A stretch of DNA of 64,000 nucleotides from NCBI GenBank assembly GCA_965223265.1, contig OZ244999.1, forward strand, positions 5,760,001-5,824,000. Reading direction: 5' to 3'. The notes under the pieces were generated by a model, which made no database searches, had not been told where the DNA came from, and saw only the letters and a program-made list of their open reading frames with translations. The position numbers and the translations under genes were made by a program. Shown piece after piece: positions 9,182 through 20,191 of this stretch (within the stretch, counting starts at the first letter, position 1; the number at the start of each line of letters is the position of its first letter). Source of the stretch: Planctomycetota bacterium (GTDB lineage Bacteria; Planctomycetota; UBA8108; SXIK01).

Positions 9182-11875
9182 ATGACCAGAGGCCACTCGC
9201 CACAAGGATCACCGCGCCGCTGCGCTCGAGGCGACGGTTACCGTAGCGTTCAACTCTTCCTCGTTGGGCTTGTGGTACTGTCGTGTAGTCGCTCCGATCA
9301 TCGGCAGGCAGCAGACGATGAAGTGCGCCAGCTCGTAGCGGAGAAGTCAAACGACGCACGCTGGGCTCTAAAGGAGTTCAGCATAGAGATGGATCCGCGC
9401 AGCCGATACTACGACCCCGGCGACCCCGATCATCCGTCAATGCCGCAAGACGACCCGGCGTCTCACGAGTTCATGGTCAGAGTCGATGGAAAGAGAGGCT
9501 ACGCTGGCTGGACCGAACGAGCTGCCACTGAGGAAGATCATCGCACGGGCGGCGCGCACAGACTCGAGAACCCCGACTGGCGACGCCATCTCGGCGAGGA
9601 TCTACCGCAAACTGGCGACGGCAAAGTCAGTCTCAAGCTTGCAGACGCGCTACGGCTGGCGCTGATCCACTCACCCAGCTACCACCAGCAGCTCGAGTCG
9701 ATCTACTTGTCGGCTCTCGACGTCAGTACGGAACGCTTTCGTTTCGATACACAGTTCTTCGGTGGTTTCACTGCGAGCGCCGCGCATCGCGGTAGCGATA
9801 ACCCCGGCGGTGAAAGCACGACGCTGGCGCTCGAACCGAACGCTTCGATCCGCAAGCGCTTCGCAGCCGCCGGCGAACTTCTGGTCAGCTTCGCCAACTC
9901 GATCGGTTGGGAATTCTTCGGACCAAACGACGGCTTCGCCAGCTCACAGCTGGGCTTCAGCCTCGTCCAACCACTCCTGCGCCGCGGAGGGCGCGCCGTC
10001 GCGCTCGAGCAGCTGACGATCGCCGAACGCACGCTGTTGGCGAATCTGCGCGCATTTCAGCTCTATCGACAAGGTTTCTACACGCTGGTGGCTATCGGCG
10101 AGCTCGGCGTGTCGGGTCCGCAGCGGCGTGGTGGCTTCTTCGGCGGTACCGGCTTGACTGGCTTCACCGGTCAGGGGAGCGGCGGCTTCGGTGGCGTCGG
10201 TGACATCACCGGTTTTGGACGTGGAGGCGGCGGGTTCGGAGGCGGCGGCGGTGGTGGTGGCGCTGGTTTTGCGGGTGGCGGTGCCGGCTCGGTCGGTGGC
10301 TTCATCGGCCTACAGCAGCAGGCCCAACAGATTCGTAACACGCGCGACAGCCTCGAAGCACAACTGCGGACGCTGGCGCTCCTGGAGTCCAACCTCGAGG
10401 CAGGGCTGATCGATATCGCTCAGGTCGATCAATTTCGTCAAAACATCGAAACCGAGCGCGCCAATCTGCTCCAGGCTCAGAATGGTCTCCTGTCGTCGCT
10501 CGACTCGTTCAATCTGTCGGTCCTTGGATTGCCGCCGGACCTTCCGATCGAACCAGACGATGCGTTCATTCGACCGTTTCAGTTGATCGCCCCCGCCGTC
10601 ACAGCGGTGCAAAACTCTGTGGCGCAGCTTATCGACGCACTCGGGGAGTTGCCAGAGACTCCCGCGATCGGCGATCTCCGACGCATCATTGGGCGAATCG
10701 AACCGCTGCGCATGGACATCTCGACTCAGATCGACCTGTTGCCTGCCGACTTCGCGCGTTTGCACGCGGCGTCCGACGTGCGAACGCGCGCCATGACTCC
10801 TTCGGAGCGTCGGCTGTTCGACCGCGACGTGGAACAGTTGCACGAGAGTCTTCGAGACCTCCGTCAACGTTTCAGCGCGACAGCGGCGAGGCGCGAACAG
10901 CTTGAAGCCGCACTGACTCCCGAGTCGATCGATGAAACGGCAGACGGCGTGATCGAACTGCTGACGGAGCTGTCGAATGTCGTCGGAGAGCTATCGCTCG
11001 TCCAAGCGCGAGCACGGCTGGAGTCGATCACGCTAGTGCCGATCGAATTCGACGCCGCGGAAGCCCTCGAGATCGCTCGCGACTCTCGACTCGATTGGAT
11101 GAACAACCGGGCGGCACTCGTCGACACGTGGCGACTGATCGAATTCAATGCCAACGCCTTGCAGTCGGATCTCTCCCTACGCTTTAGCGGCGAGGTGCGC
11201 ACAGCTGGCGACGACAACCCAGTCAAGTTCCGCGATGACACCGGCAGTGTACGCGCAGCTCTTGAGTTCGACGGTCCGTTCGCGCGTCTCGTCGAACGAA
11301 ACAACTTCCGCCAGCAGCTCATTCAGTACCAACAAGATCGCCGTCAATTGATCCGTTTCGAGGATTCAGTCCATCAGACACTTCGGCGGCGCCTCCGAGA
11401 TCTCGAAGAACTGCGCCTCAATCTCGAGATCCAGCGGCGCGCCGTAGCTATCGCGATTCGTCGCGTCGACCAGACCCGCGAAGCCCTCTATCGCCCAGTG
11501 CCGCCGTCTGCCCCAGGCGAGGCACCGCAAGCTCTCGGTCCGACCGCAGCCCAGAATCTACTCTTCGCCCTTTCCGATCTGCGCAACACGCAAAACAATC
11601 TGATGAGCGTTTGGCTCAACCATCTTGCGGAACGAATGCGGCTGCATCGCGATATCGGAGTTATGCAGCTCGATGAACGCGGCATATGGATCGACCAACC
11701 GCTGGCAGCGACCGTGGACCAAGTCGTTAGGCGCGAACCCCTACCGCCCGCCATTCCCGACGAGTGGCTGTCGATGAACGAGACGGATAGAGAAGGCTCA
11801 AATTCGAACGTACCATCAACCTGGCCTCATCGGCCCGAAAGGCACCGCGAACATGCAGGCCGAAAACCACAGTGA
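9182..11875 (+). CDS. TolC-family outer membrane efflux lipoprotein, planctomycete type
   Basis: Lipobox VLSC; [38 protein letters not shown]; [14 protein letters not shown]; [13 protein letters not shown]; lies between the ABC ATPase and adaptor genes. Confidence 0.82.
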   Translation: MTRGHSPQGSPRRCARGDGYRSVQLFLVGLVVLSCSRSDHRQAADDEVRQLVAEKSNDARWALKEFSIEMDPRSRYYDPGDPDHPSMPQDDPASHEFMVRVDGKRGYAGWTERAATEEDHRTGGAHRLENPDWRRHLGEDLPQTGDGKVSLKLADALRLALIHSPSYHQQLESIYLSALDVSTERFRFDTQFFGGFTASAAHRGSDNPGGESTTLALEPNASIRKRFAAAGELLVSFANSIGWEFFGPNDGFASSQLGFSLVQPLLRRGGRAVALEQLTIAERTLLANLRAFQLYRQGFYTLVAIGELGVSGPQRRGGFFGGTGLTGFTGQGSGGFGGVGDITGFGRGGGGFGGGGGGGGAGFAGGGAGSVGGFIGLQQQAQQIRNTRDSLEAQLRTLALLESNLEAGLIDIAQVDQFRQNIETERANLLQAQNGLLSSLDSFNLSVLGLPPDLPIEPDDAFIRPFQLIAPAVTAVQNSVAQLIDALGELPETPAIGDLRRIIGRIEPLRMDISTQIDLLPADFARLHAASDVRTRAMTPSERRLFDRDVEQLHESLRDLRQRFSATAARREQLEAALTPESIDETADGVIELLTELSNVVGELSLVQARARLESITLVPIEFDAAEALEIARDSRLDWMNNRAALVDTWRLIEFNANALQSDLSLRFSGEVRTAGDDNPVKFRDDTGSVRAALEFDGPFARLVERNNFRQQLIQYQQDRRQLIRFEDSVHQTLRRRLRDLEELRLNLEIQRRAVAIAIRRVDQTREALYRPVPPSAPGEAPQALGPTAAQNLLFALSDLRNTQNNLMSVWLNHLAERMRLHRDIGVMQLDERGIWIDQPLAATVDQVVRREPLPPAIPDEWLSMNETDREGSNSNVPSTWPHRPERHREHAGRKPQ

Positions 11876-13700
11876 CACACGCAGTCTTCGTCATGCGGCT
11901 CCGCCGCCTCGCCGCAGTTGGTGGAAGATCTCGCTCCTGATACTCGTCCTCTGCAGCCTTGCAGTGGCTGCGACGTTTTATCGCCCGCTGTTGAATCGTC
12001 TGACAGGCGTCGATTCCGAGCGTCACGCATTGACCTACGAAGTCGTACGTACACCTCTGCAGATTACGGTTTCCGCCGAGGGCAATGTCGAGAGCGCGAG
12101 CAACGTCGAAGTGAAATGCCGCGTCGCCGGCGGTAGCACGATCCTATGGATCGTCGAGGACGGCAAGATCGTCGAAGGAGGAGAAGAGATCGTCCGCCTT
12201 GACACCGCACCGATTGACGATCAGCTGAACTCGCAGCGCATCGTCTTCGAGAACGCGCTAGCCGCGAAGATCCAAGCACAAGAGGCCTTCGAGGTCGCAA
12301 AGATCTCGGTACACGAGTATCAGGAAGGTACGTTCGTGCAGGAACTCAACCAGATCGAAGCGGACATACAAATCGCCATGGAGAACCTGCGCAGCGCAGA
12401 AAACCAGCTGACGTTCTCAAAGAGGATGGCGCGCAAGGGGTTCGTTAGTTCCCTTCAGCGAGACGCAGACGAGTTCGCAGTCAAGCGCGCACAGCTCGAC
12501 TTGAAGGCCGCCAATACTCGTAAAAAAGTCTTGGTCGATTTCACGCAGAAAAAGATGCTCACGGATCTCGAAGCGCAGCGTGAGGCTGCAGAGGCGACGC
12601 TGCGCGCGGTGGAAACGAGTTTGAAGCTTGAGAGAGACCGCCTCGAACGCCTTCAGGCTCAACTCAAGAACTGTGTCGTCGACGCGCCCAAGAAAGGCAT
12701 GGTCGTCTACGCCAACAATACGCGTCGGAGCCGGTACCGCAGCTCCGATGGGCCGCAGATCGAAGAAGGAGCAACGGTGCGCGAAGGCCAAGCACTTGTG
12801 CGGCTTCCCGATCTGACGCAGATGCAAACCCGCGTCATGATCCACGAGTCACGGGTCGACCAGGTTCGCGTCGGGATGCCAGCTCGCATCGTCGTCCAAG
12901 ATGAGGAGTATTCCGGCAAGGTGCTTGAGATCGCCAACCAGCCGCAGCCGACGAGCTGGTTCTCAGCGAACGTCAAGGAATACGCGACGATGGTTTCTAT
13001 TGAGGGCGAGAGCAACAACCTGCGGCCGGGAATGACCGCCGAGGTGACGATCTTGATCGACGATGCGGACGATCTCCTGACAATTCCAGTTTCAAGTGTG
13101 GTCGAGCAGCGTGGAGAGTTCTTCTGTTGGACTCAGACTTCAGGCACCCCCGAAAAACGCCCCCTCGTCCTCGGGCGCACGAACGACAAACTCATTGAAG
13201 TCATCGACGGGCTCAAGGCAGGCGATGTCGTCTACCGCAATCCACGCGCCGTGATCGAAGCGGCACGCACGCACATCCCGTTCGAGAGCGAGGCCGAGGA
13301 CGTTGAGTTCGCTAACTCCGAAGTACCGGAAGTGTCCCGTGCCAAGGGAAGAGCTGCCTCACAGCGAGCGAGTGATGCAGACGGCAAGTCGACCGAGCGC
13401 CGTGGGCACCAACCGGAGCCGGGCGCGAAGCGGGACGCACGGCGGGATTCCGGCGACGGCGGTAGCACGCAGGGACGCCGCAGCGGGGGAGGCTTCAATC
13501 TGTCGAGCCTCGATCGAAACGGCGACGGCAAGCTCACCCGCGAGGAGTTCCCGAGCCGTATGCAAACCGCCTTCTCAAGGTTCGACACGAACGGCGACGG
13601 ATTCGTCGATGCCGGCGAATTTGCCGCGATGCTCGAGCAGCGCAGGCAGCGCCGCGGCGTTGAGCGCGGCACAGCGGACGGCCAACGAGGCAGCGACTGA
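11853..13700 (+). CDS. Efflux periplasmic adaptor subunit (HlyD/MacA family) with a C-terminal EF-hand pair
   Basis: N-terminal TM helix; ITVSAEGNVES, long coiled coil, VDAPKKGMVVY, LPDLTQM, LRPGMTAEVTI; DRNGDGKLTREE and DTNGDGFVDAGE. Confidence 0.9.
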   Translation: MQAENHSDTRSLRHAAPPPRRSWWKISLLILVLCSLAVAATFYRPLLNRLTGVDSERHALTYEVVRTPLQITVSAEGNVESASNVEVKCRVAGGSTILWIVEDGKIVEGGEEIVRLDTAPIDDQLNSQRIVFENALAAKIQAQEAFEVAKISVHEYQEGTFVQELNQIEADIQIAMENLRSAENQLTFSKRMARKGFVSSLQRDADEFAVKRAQLDLKAANTRKKVLVDFTQKKMLTDLEAQREAAEATLRAVETSLKLERDRLERLQAQLKNCVVDAPKKGMVVYANNTRRSRYRSSDGPQIEEGATVREGQALVRLPDLTQMQTRVMIHESRVDQVRVGMPARIVVQDEEYSGKVLEIANQPQPTSWFSANVKEYATMVSIEGESNNLRPGMTAEVTILIDDADDLLTIPVSSVVEQRGEFFCWTQTSGTPEKRPLVLGRTNDKLIEVIDGLKAGDVVYRNPRAVIEAARTHIPFESEAEDVEFANSEVPEVSRAKGRAASQRASDADGKSTERRGHQPEPGAKRDARRDSGDGGSTQGRRSGGGFNLSSLDRNGDGKLTREEFPSRMQTAFSRFDTNGDGFVDAGEFAAMLEQRRQRRGVERGTADGQRGSD

Positions 13701-13705
13701 GCCCC

Positions 13706-15049
13706 ATGATCTCGGAGATGCGCCTCACCTTCCGAGTCGGCCTCAAATCGCTGCTACTGCACAAGCTGCGCTCAGGCCTCGCCATGCTCGGCATCCTCAT
13801 CGGTGTCATGGCGGTGATCTGGTTGGTCGCCCTCGGCGAAGGCGTCAGCTACCAAGCGCAGGAGCAGATCAAAGATCTCGGTGCCACTAATATTATCGTT
13901 AAGAGCGTCAAGCCGACGCAGGGCACATCGAGTGGTCGCGGTAGCAGTCGCGTGGTCGAGTACGGCCTGACCGAGCTCGACTATGCGCGCATCATCTCTG
14001 GCGTGCCGACGGTTCGGCGGGCGGTCCGCATGCGCGAAATCCGTAGTGTCGCGCGTGCACGCAGCCGCGAAGCAGAAATCAAACTGCTTGGCTGCTCGCC
14101 GGCATATTTCGACATCAACCATTTGCGCATGGAACGTGGACGTTTTTTGAGTGACCGGGATCTCCTCGAGCGTTCCAACGTTGCAGTGGTTGCAGCGGAA
14201 ACCGCGGCGAGGTTGTTCCCCTACGAAAGCCCGATCGGCCGCTCTATAGAGGTGGTCGCCAACAACAAGCCTGATCTCTACGTCATCGTCGGCCAGACCG
14301 AGAGCCGTACACCTTCTGCAGCCATCGGAGGCAGCCTCGAAGGTCGCGACTACAACCTCGACGTCTACATTCCGATGACGACGCTCCGGTCCCGCATCGG
14401 CGACCAGGTGTACACGTTTAGCACCGGCAGCAGCGAAGGGGAACTCGTTCAGTACAGCCAGTTCACGCTCACCGTCGGTGACATCGACGAAGTCGAAGAA
14501 GCGGCAGACATCGTCGACATCCTCGTCGCAGAAAAACATCCCGCAGCAGACTACTCGATCACCGTACCGAAGGAGCTGCTGCGCCAAGCAGATGTGCTGC
14601 GCATGATGTTCAACGTGCTTCTAGTGCTGATCGCCGGCATCTCACTGGTCGTCGGTGGCATCGGCATCATGAATATCATGCTCGCGACTGTTACCGAGCG
14701 CACTCGTGAGATTGGTGTCCGTCGCGCCCTCGGTGCCAAACGCGGCGACATCATTCGGCAGTTTCTTGCCGAGACCGTCGTACTTTCAGCGGCGGGTGGA
14801 ACGATCGGTGTCGCAGCAGGATTCCTCTGCCACCCAATCACAGACATGATGCTCCTCGCGGTCGAAAGCTGGTTCCCGACCGTCTGGCTGACGATGCCGC
14901 CAACAATTCAAAAGCTACAACCGATCATCGCGCCGTGGTCGATCATCGTCGCTTTCGGGATTTCCGTCGCCGTCGGCGTTCTCTTCGGGCTCTACCCGGC
15001 CCGCCGCGCGGCGCTCATGGATCCGATCGAAGCGCTCCGCCACGAGTGA
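13706..15049 (+). CDS. ABC transporter permease (MacB/FtsX family)
   Basis: HKLRSGLAMLGILIGV, IAGISLVVGGIGIMNIMLATVTERTREIGVRRALGAKR, LFGLYPARRAALMDPIEALRHE. Confidence 0.95.
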   Translation: MISEMRLTFRVGLKSLLLHKLRSGLAMLGILIGVMAVIWLVALGEGVSYQAQEQIKDLGATNIIVKSVKPTQGTSSGRGSSRVVEYGLTELDYARIISGVPTVRRAVRMREIRSVARARSREAEIKLLGCSPAYFDINHLRMERGRFLSDRDLLERSNVAVVAAETAARLFPYESPIGRSIEVVANNKPDLYVIVGQTESRTPSAAIGGSLEGRDYNLDVYIPMTTLRSRIGDQVYTFSTGSSEGELVQYSQFTLTVGDIDEVEEAADIVDILVAEKHPAADYSITVPKELLRQADVLRMMFNVLLVLIAGISLVVGGIGIMNIMLATVTERTREIGVRRALGAKRGDIIRQFLAETVVLSAAGGTIGVAAGFLCHPITDMMLLAVESWFPTVWLTMPPTIQKLQPIIAPWSIIVAFGISVAVGVLFGLYPARRAALMDPIEALRHE

Positions 15050-15093
15050 GCGAATCCGTTCAAGTAAGGACGCGCCGTCAACGGATCTCGAGT

Positions 15094-17439
15094 TCAATCG
15101 CTCGAGCTCAGCGCCGCGCGCAAAAACTCACCGCGGCGGACAACGAAGTCGCGAATACGCGCATACCCGCTCTGAATAACCTGGCGCCGAACTTCTCGTT
15201 CGGTGCCCAAGAACTGCTCCTGCAGGGCCAGATCCTCGAGGAGGAGAGCCTCCAGCGGCTGGATCATACTCTCCATCGCCGCGACGGTGAATCGCCCTGA
15301 CGAACTGACCTCCGAGGCGAGTTGTTGCAGGTAAGCGACGTGAAGATCGTTCTCGCGGTGAAACGGTCGCGAGACCACTCCGGGGTCGCGGCTAAGACCT
15401 CCTGTGATTCCCGTGAGCGGAAAATCAACGGCGAACTGCGAATCACCGAAGAGTTGATCGAGATCCCACGGGATCACGCGCCAGCTGTTAGGCGTCCCCG
15501 GATCGACGATCGGGCGATAGAAGTAGATGTTGTTGTGAAAACCGTCCCAGTTGTCCGTCAGAGCGCCGACAACCGAATAGAGTCCGACATTCTCCAAATC
15601 GAACAGTTCGAGAGCCTGTCTCCTGACGACCGCATCGTCGGAGTTGAGGTTGCGAATCATCTCGCGGTAAAGGTCATTTCCAGTCTCTGGATTCGTCCGC
15701 TTCGCGAAGTTCACTTTATCCACTTTCCAAAGATCCGCCCCGGCATCGAGGCCGTTCATCTCCAGGAAGCGCTCGTTCACCTGCTGGACGACGAGGTTTT
15801 GCGTGTGACGCCCCTCCTCCCGGGCAAGGTCGATGACGCGAAACCAGTCGCTCCGCGGTGCGGTGACACCGAACGCGTTGTAGAGACGAAAACCAAGATC
15901 CTCACCGAACGTCAGGCCGGTGGGAGTCTCCGGGGTGGACTTCTCGGGGAAGACGTTGAGCGTACGGTCGCCACGATACTCCTCACCTTTGATAAACCGG
16001 ACCTTGTGGCCGTTGCTTTCGACGCGAAAACGCGGCTGGACAATCGCAGCATCGAACACCAGAGCCTCGCCAGTCCCGGGCTCGACGATGACGATGCCGG
16101 TGAACGACTTGGCCGCCGCGGTCATCTCGGTCGACGAGCGCGGGAAGCGCCACATAATCGGCAATCGAGCCGGGATCTCGAAGTCGTAGACGAAGTAGCC
16201 GTAGAACGGGCGAGGTTCGCCGGACGGCGGCAATCGTGCCGATCGGCCATCCGTGAGCGCCACGTCGACGACGAAGCGAATCAGCGACTGCGACGCCTGG
16301 GGCGGCAAAGTTGCAACCCAGGTGCTGGCAAATTCAGACGACCGTACGAGTGACATCGCCTGCGCCGTCCTCGCACCAGCGATGTCGGTAAACACCTGCC
16401 ACGAAAAATCGACGCGGTTGATCCGCGTGGGCGGGATGTCGAGCAAGATCTCGACTTCCACCGCATCACTACTGCCCGGCCGAGGAGGGCGCGTCTGGAC
16501 GGCAGTGACGAGCGGGTATGCGGGAACGCCCGCCGTCGTGTTCGCCTCTCCCACAGTGCCCGTCGAGGCGCGAAAGCCCTCGCTCGTAGAACTACGCCAA
16601 CTGTGAGGATCCTCCGCAGGCGCAAGCACGTCGACCCGCTCGAGCGACGGGCCGTAACCGTCAGCCCCAACGGGCCACGGAGCACGGTCGTCGTAGCGCA
16701 CGCTCTCCACCTCACAGTCGCCGTCTTCGAGCGTCAGTCTTTCGCCGCCATCCGCAAGGCGTCCTTCGAACGGCCCGAACAGTGGCACTTCCACGCGAAC
16801 GATGGCCGGCACCAACGCAACGACTACGTAGTCCCGCGGCGCGATCGCGGCATCGAGTGGAAACTGATACGTGATTCCGCGCGTGAACCTGTACGAACTG
16901 AGATCGATCTCGACGTCCGAGCGGTTGAAGAGCTCGACATACTCACGGTTAAAAGGCGTCAGCGGATGGTACTGAATCTCGTTGATGACGACCGCCGGGG
17001 TCCTCACGTCGCTGTCGCCACAGTCCAGTCGATCGCAGGTTGGATCAGGCCCGGGCGTAAGGGCACCCGGTGACGGCAAGTCGGCGTTACCGAAGAGAAC
17101 CGCAAGTGACCGGAGGGCGTCGGTGAGATCGATCTCACCATCGTCGTTTGCATCCGCGGCGTCTTCGCAGGCGAAACCACCGCCGCGGCCAAACAGCGTC
17201 AAGATCTGAGTGACCGCGTCGCTGACGTCGAGCCTTCCATCGCGATTTGTGTCGCCACGGATGAAATCGGCCCAGAGCGCTGACGTCATCAGCGTGAAAA
17301 CCGTCGCGAACGATACGACGCAAGCTGTGTGCCGCTTCACTCGTCCCGCTCCTCGAGATGGGGTATCGCTGCCCGCACCCGGTGCCCAAGATGCTAGTGA
17401 TGTTTCTAAACGATGTTCGATCTCCCCGAAAACTGCCAC
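15094..17439 (-). CDS. Secreted dockerin-like + lamin-tail-domain + CotH kinase protein
   Basis: Signal peptide, then FIRGDTNRDGRLDVSDA...CEDAADANDDGEIDLTDA (dockerin-like); VVINEIQYHP...EYVELFN (LTD); NWDGFHNNIYFY and IPWDLD (CotH). The start may be further downstream. Confidence 0.85.
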   Translation of the reverse strand: MAVFGEIEHRLETSLASWAPGAGSDTPSRGAGRVKRHTACVVSFATVFTLMTSALWADFIRGDTNRDGRLDVSDAVTQILTLFGRGGGFACEDAADANDDGEIDLTDALRSLAVLFGNADLPSPGALTPGPDPTCDRLDCGDSDVRTPAVVINEIQYHPLTPFNREYVELFNRSDVEIDLSSYRFTRGITYQFPLDAAIAPRDYVVVALVPAIVRVEVPLFGPFEGRLADGGERLTLEDGDCEVESVRYDDRAPWPVGADGYGPSLERVDVLAPAEDPHSWRSSTSEGFRASTGTVGEANTTAGVPAYPLVTAVQTRPPRPGSSDAVEVEILLDIPPTRINRVDFSWQVFTDIAGARTAQAMSLVRSSEFASTWVATLPPQASQSLIRFVVDVALTDGRSARLPPSGEPRPFYGYFVYDFEIPARLPIMWRFPRSSTEMTAAAKSFTGIVIVEPGTGEALVFDAAIVQPRFRVESNGHKVRFIKGEEYRGDRTLNVFPEKSTPETPTGLTFGEDLGFRLYNAFGVTAPRSDWFRVIDLAREEGRHTQNLVVQQVNERFLEMNGLDAGADLWKVDKVNFAKRTNPETGNDLYREMIRNLNSDDAVVRRQALELFDLENVGLYSVVGALTDNWDGFHNNIYFYRPIVDPGTPNSWRVIPWDLDQLFGDSQFAVDFPLTGITGGLSRDPGVVSRPFHRENDLHVAYLQQLASEVSSSGRFTVAAMESMIQPLEALLLEDLALQEQFLGTEREVRRQVIQSGYARIRDFVVRRGEFLRAALSSSD

Positions 17440-17767
17440 CAGATCGTCGAGACCTGGCAGATTCGAACTGCGATTCTACCCTCTCCTCTCTCACCCGCTA
17501 GCAAATCAAGTCGCATTTTAGGGTCACGTTAGCAAGTGGTTTCCTAACGGCTGCTGACTCTGCGAGTTGACGGCGCAAGGAACAGCCCACTAAAATGAGG
17601 CCGCCATAGGGTTGAATCCGCAGGGATCGGCAAAAAACCCGTTCACGGAATCGTTTGGGTAAGGTTCAGCGTGTTCTTGCAGCCAGCTCGGTTGCACATG
17701 CTGACCGCTCGAGGAGCAGTGAATCGACGGACACTGCTCAAGGTCTTTTCGCCGGAAGGGGACGAGC

Positions 17768-19672
17768 ATGGTAAAGGCTGCGCGAGTTCTTTGGGCGTTC
17801 GTTTTGTGCTTTGCGATGAGTGGATTTGTGTGGGGGCAAGGCTCCGTTCCAGATGCCGTCGTGCCGGGCGATGCCGGCGTGACCGCCCTGACCGGGGACA
17901 TCAAGATCATCGGCGCCGGAGACGAGGAGAACAAAGACGGCCCTGCGCATCGCTTCGCCGCTGCGTTCCCTTGCGCGACGAGCGATGATCGCGTCGTGGT
18001 CTGCTATCCCAACCCCGACCTGGTCGATCCAGGTACAACAGTTCCTTTCGTCGACATCTACGCCGCCGATGGCACTCGCCTTCTGGCGCATCAGGCTGGC
18101 TACTTGGATGACGACGGTCAGGGGATCGCTGTACAGTCGGAGCTCGCTTCCGGCAGCGTGACCGGCCCGGCGATCGAGTGCTCCAGAGACGGCAACGATT
18201 ATTTCTGCGTCTGGTCGCGCGTCTCACCGTGGAAATACCTCGGCGGCAACCTCGCAGCGTGGGGCAGCGGGACATTGGATTTTGGCGATTCGGAAAGCGG
18301 TGTCGGCGTCGGCCAGGTGTTCGACAAAGATGGAGCTGCCATCAGTGGCGTGCTCAATCTCTGGACGGACGACATCACGACTGATAACGACCTGATCGCA
18401 GACGGCGGCGAGATTCGTTCGCGTGCGGTCTCGCCACTGTCGAACGGTGACTGGTGCGCAACGTTTTGGGATCGGAAAACTCCAGCGCTGGGATCGACGG
18501 GTGATCGCTGGGCAACTGATTTTCCGGCGTACGCGGGCTCGGGGCAGATCGTCGGACTCTTGATCTTCAAAAACGATGGCACCGTCGTGGCAAGGAAACC
18601 CATCAGCACGCCCGGAGAAGGGAGCGCCGACTCCATGCGCGGCAGCGCTGCAGGAGACGGCTGGTGCGCTGTGCGTTACGAGGACTCGGTGCAGGCTGGT
18701 GGGGACAACAGCGGCGGTTCACGCACGGTCTACCACATCTTTGACAACACCGGCGCTGAGCTCGCCAAAATCAACGTTGCCGAAGCGTTGTTCGATAGCG
18801 GCCTGATTGCAGGGCTCGACGCAGCGGGAGCCGCCGGGCTCGCTGGCGGCCGCGGTGACGGCGAACAGATCTCTGGCCGCGGCGCTTATCTCTACGCTTC
18901 GCATTGGAACGCGACTGAGATGTACGTCTCCAAGTGGGACGCAGTCAACGGCGAGCTCGACGATGTCGTCCTCGCCTATGACAGCGCTCATGTGCGCGGT
19001 CAAGCGCGCCCTGTCACAGACTCCGCAGGCAACATCGCCATGACGTTCGCCGACGACAGTCTGGCCACCGCCGGCAGCTTCGACGAGACGCCGACGGAAG
19101 CCGTGACGATCTTCCTGTGGAACGATCTGTCGCCGGCAACGCCTCCGGTCGTCCCGTTTGAGAACTCCAACACCGCAACGGGTCGCTTCGGCGATGACGG
19201 CGGCGAGCCGCCGAACGAAAACGCCGGCCGCAAGTGGAAAGACAACAACACGGCGTTGAACGACCGTATTGTCGCAGTCACTTCCCACACCACTGGGCTG
19301 CCGGGCTACGACTTCACCGATCTCGATCGCGAGATGGAGCACGCCCTGCGCATCTTCGAGAGCCCCTTCTACACGCCGGTCAAGCCCGGCGACATGAACC
19401 TCGACGGCAGCGTCGACATCGCCGATCCCGTCGCAGACCTCAACTTTCAGTTCGCCGGAATCTCTCTCGACGAGTGCCTGCTCGAAGGCATCTCGTTGAA
19501 CGCCTCCGGCCTGCTCATTGCCGACTTTAACGGCGACGGCAGCCACGACATCTCCGACCCGGTCGGATCACTCAACTGGCAATTCGTCGGTGGCGGCAAT
19601 CCTCCGCATGTCCTCGGGACTGATTGCATCCCGCTCAACGGCAGTGGCTGTGACGGCCTCTGCACCGAGTAA
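17768..19672 (+). CDS. Secreted hypothetical protein with a C-terminal dockerin-like domain
   Basis: RBS GAAGGGGA, Sec signal (..SGFVWG-Q), acidic Gly/Asp-rich body, PGDMNLDGSVDIADPV...ADFNGDGSHDISDPV. Confidence 0.85.
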   Translation: MVKAARVLWAFVLCFAMSGFVWGQGSVPDAVVPGDAGVTALTGDIKIIGAGDEENKDGPAHRFAAAFPCATSDDRVVVCYPNPDLVDPGTTVPFVDIYAADGTRLLAHQAGYLDDDGQGIAVQSELASGSVTGPAIECSRDGNDYFCVWSRVSPWKYLGGNLAAWGSGTLDFGDSESGVGVGQVFDKDGAAISGVLNLWTDDITTDNDLIADGGEIRSRAVSPLSNGDWCATFWDRKTPALGSTGDRWATDFPAYAGSGQIVGLLIFKNDGTVVARKPISTPGEGSADSMRGSAAGDGWCAVRYEDSVQAGGDNSGGSRTVYHIFDNTGAELAKINVAEALFDSGLIAGLDAAGAAGLAGGRGDGEQISGRGAYLYASHWNATEMYVSKWDAVNGELDDVVLAYDSAHVRGQARPVTDSAGNIAMTFADDSLATAGSFDETPTEAVTIFLWNDLSPATPPVVPFENSNTATGRFGDDGGEPPNENAGRKWKDNNTALNDRIVAVTSHTTGLPGYDFTDLDREMEHALRIFESPFYTPVKPGDMNLDGSVDIADPVADLNFQFAGISLDECLLEGISLNASGLLIADFNGDGSHDISDPVGSLNWQFVGGGNPPHVLGTDCIPLNGSGCDGLCTE

Positions 19673-19848
19673 GGCAATTCCCCTGAGGCGCGGCGCTTGC
19701 GGCCGCGTCCCTCTCGAACTCCGACGCCCGGACACGCCCTCCGCAGGGTGGTGTTCGGGCGTTCTTCTTTGCCTCAACGAAACGCCTGAACGCTCGCCAG
19801 TGTCGGCGTTGCGGTCTGAGGTATCACGGAGCCAGATCCAGAGACAGA

Positions 19849-20080
19849 CCCCAATGTTGCAAAAGAGAAACACTTCAAGACCGTGAGCGAGTGGGAGGGC
19901 GAGTGCGTGGGCGTGAGAGAGTGCGGGTGTGAGGGTGTGTGGGTGCGCGTTGGCGGTAGAGCAGGCACTCCGGGAAACCTCACCAAACGTGAAGTCTGCC
20001 GCGACGTCCCACAACCGCGGATCGAGCCGTAGAACAAAAGCTTCCGAGATCTTCCGGCGAGAAATTATGCAACTGTAGGG
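19849..20080. mobile_element. MITE family A, copy 2 (232 bp, inverted relative to copy 1)
   Basis: Reverse complement matches 2725-2930. Ends CCCCAATGTTGCAAAA ... TTATGCAACTGTAGGG. Flanked by ACAGA at 19844-19848 and 20081-20085. Confidence 0.8.
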
Positions 20081-20191
20081 ACAGAGTCCGCCCACACCCA
20101 CGCAGAGACGCAACCGGACGCAGATCTTTTTGTGTCTCTGTATCTAGCGCTGTATCTGCCTCCGGCATCTGTCGTCCGTCTCCGTCACTGG

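Noticed and set aside
15322-16353. 343-aa plus-strand ORF
   Set aside because: Antisense shadow of the dockerin/CotH gene.
17520-17720. Possible riboswitch or sigma-54 promoter in the divergent intergenic region
   Set aside because: No recognisable riboswitch consensus and no GG-N10-GC motif of convincing quality; an Infernal/Rfam scan would be needed.
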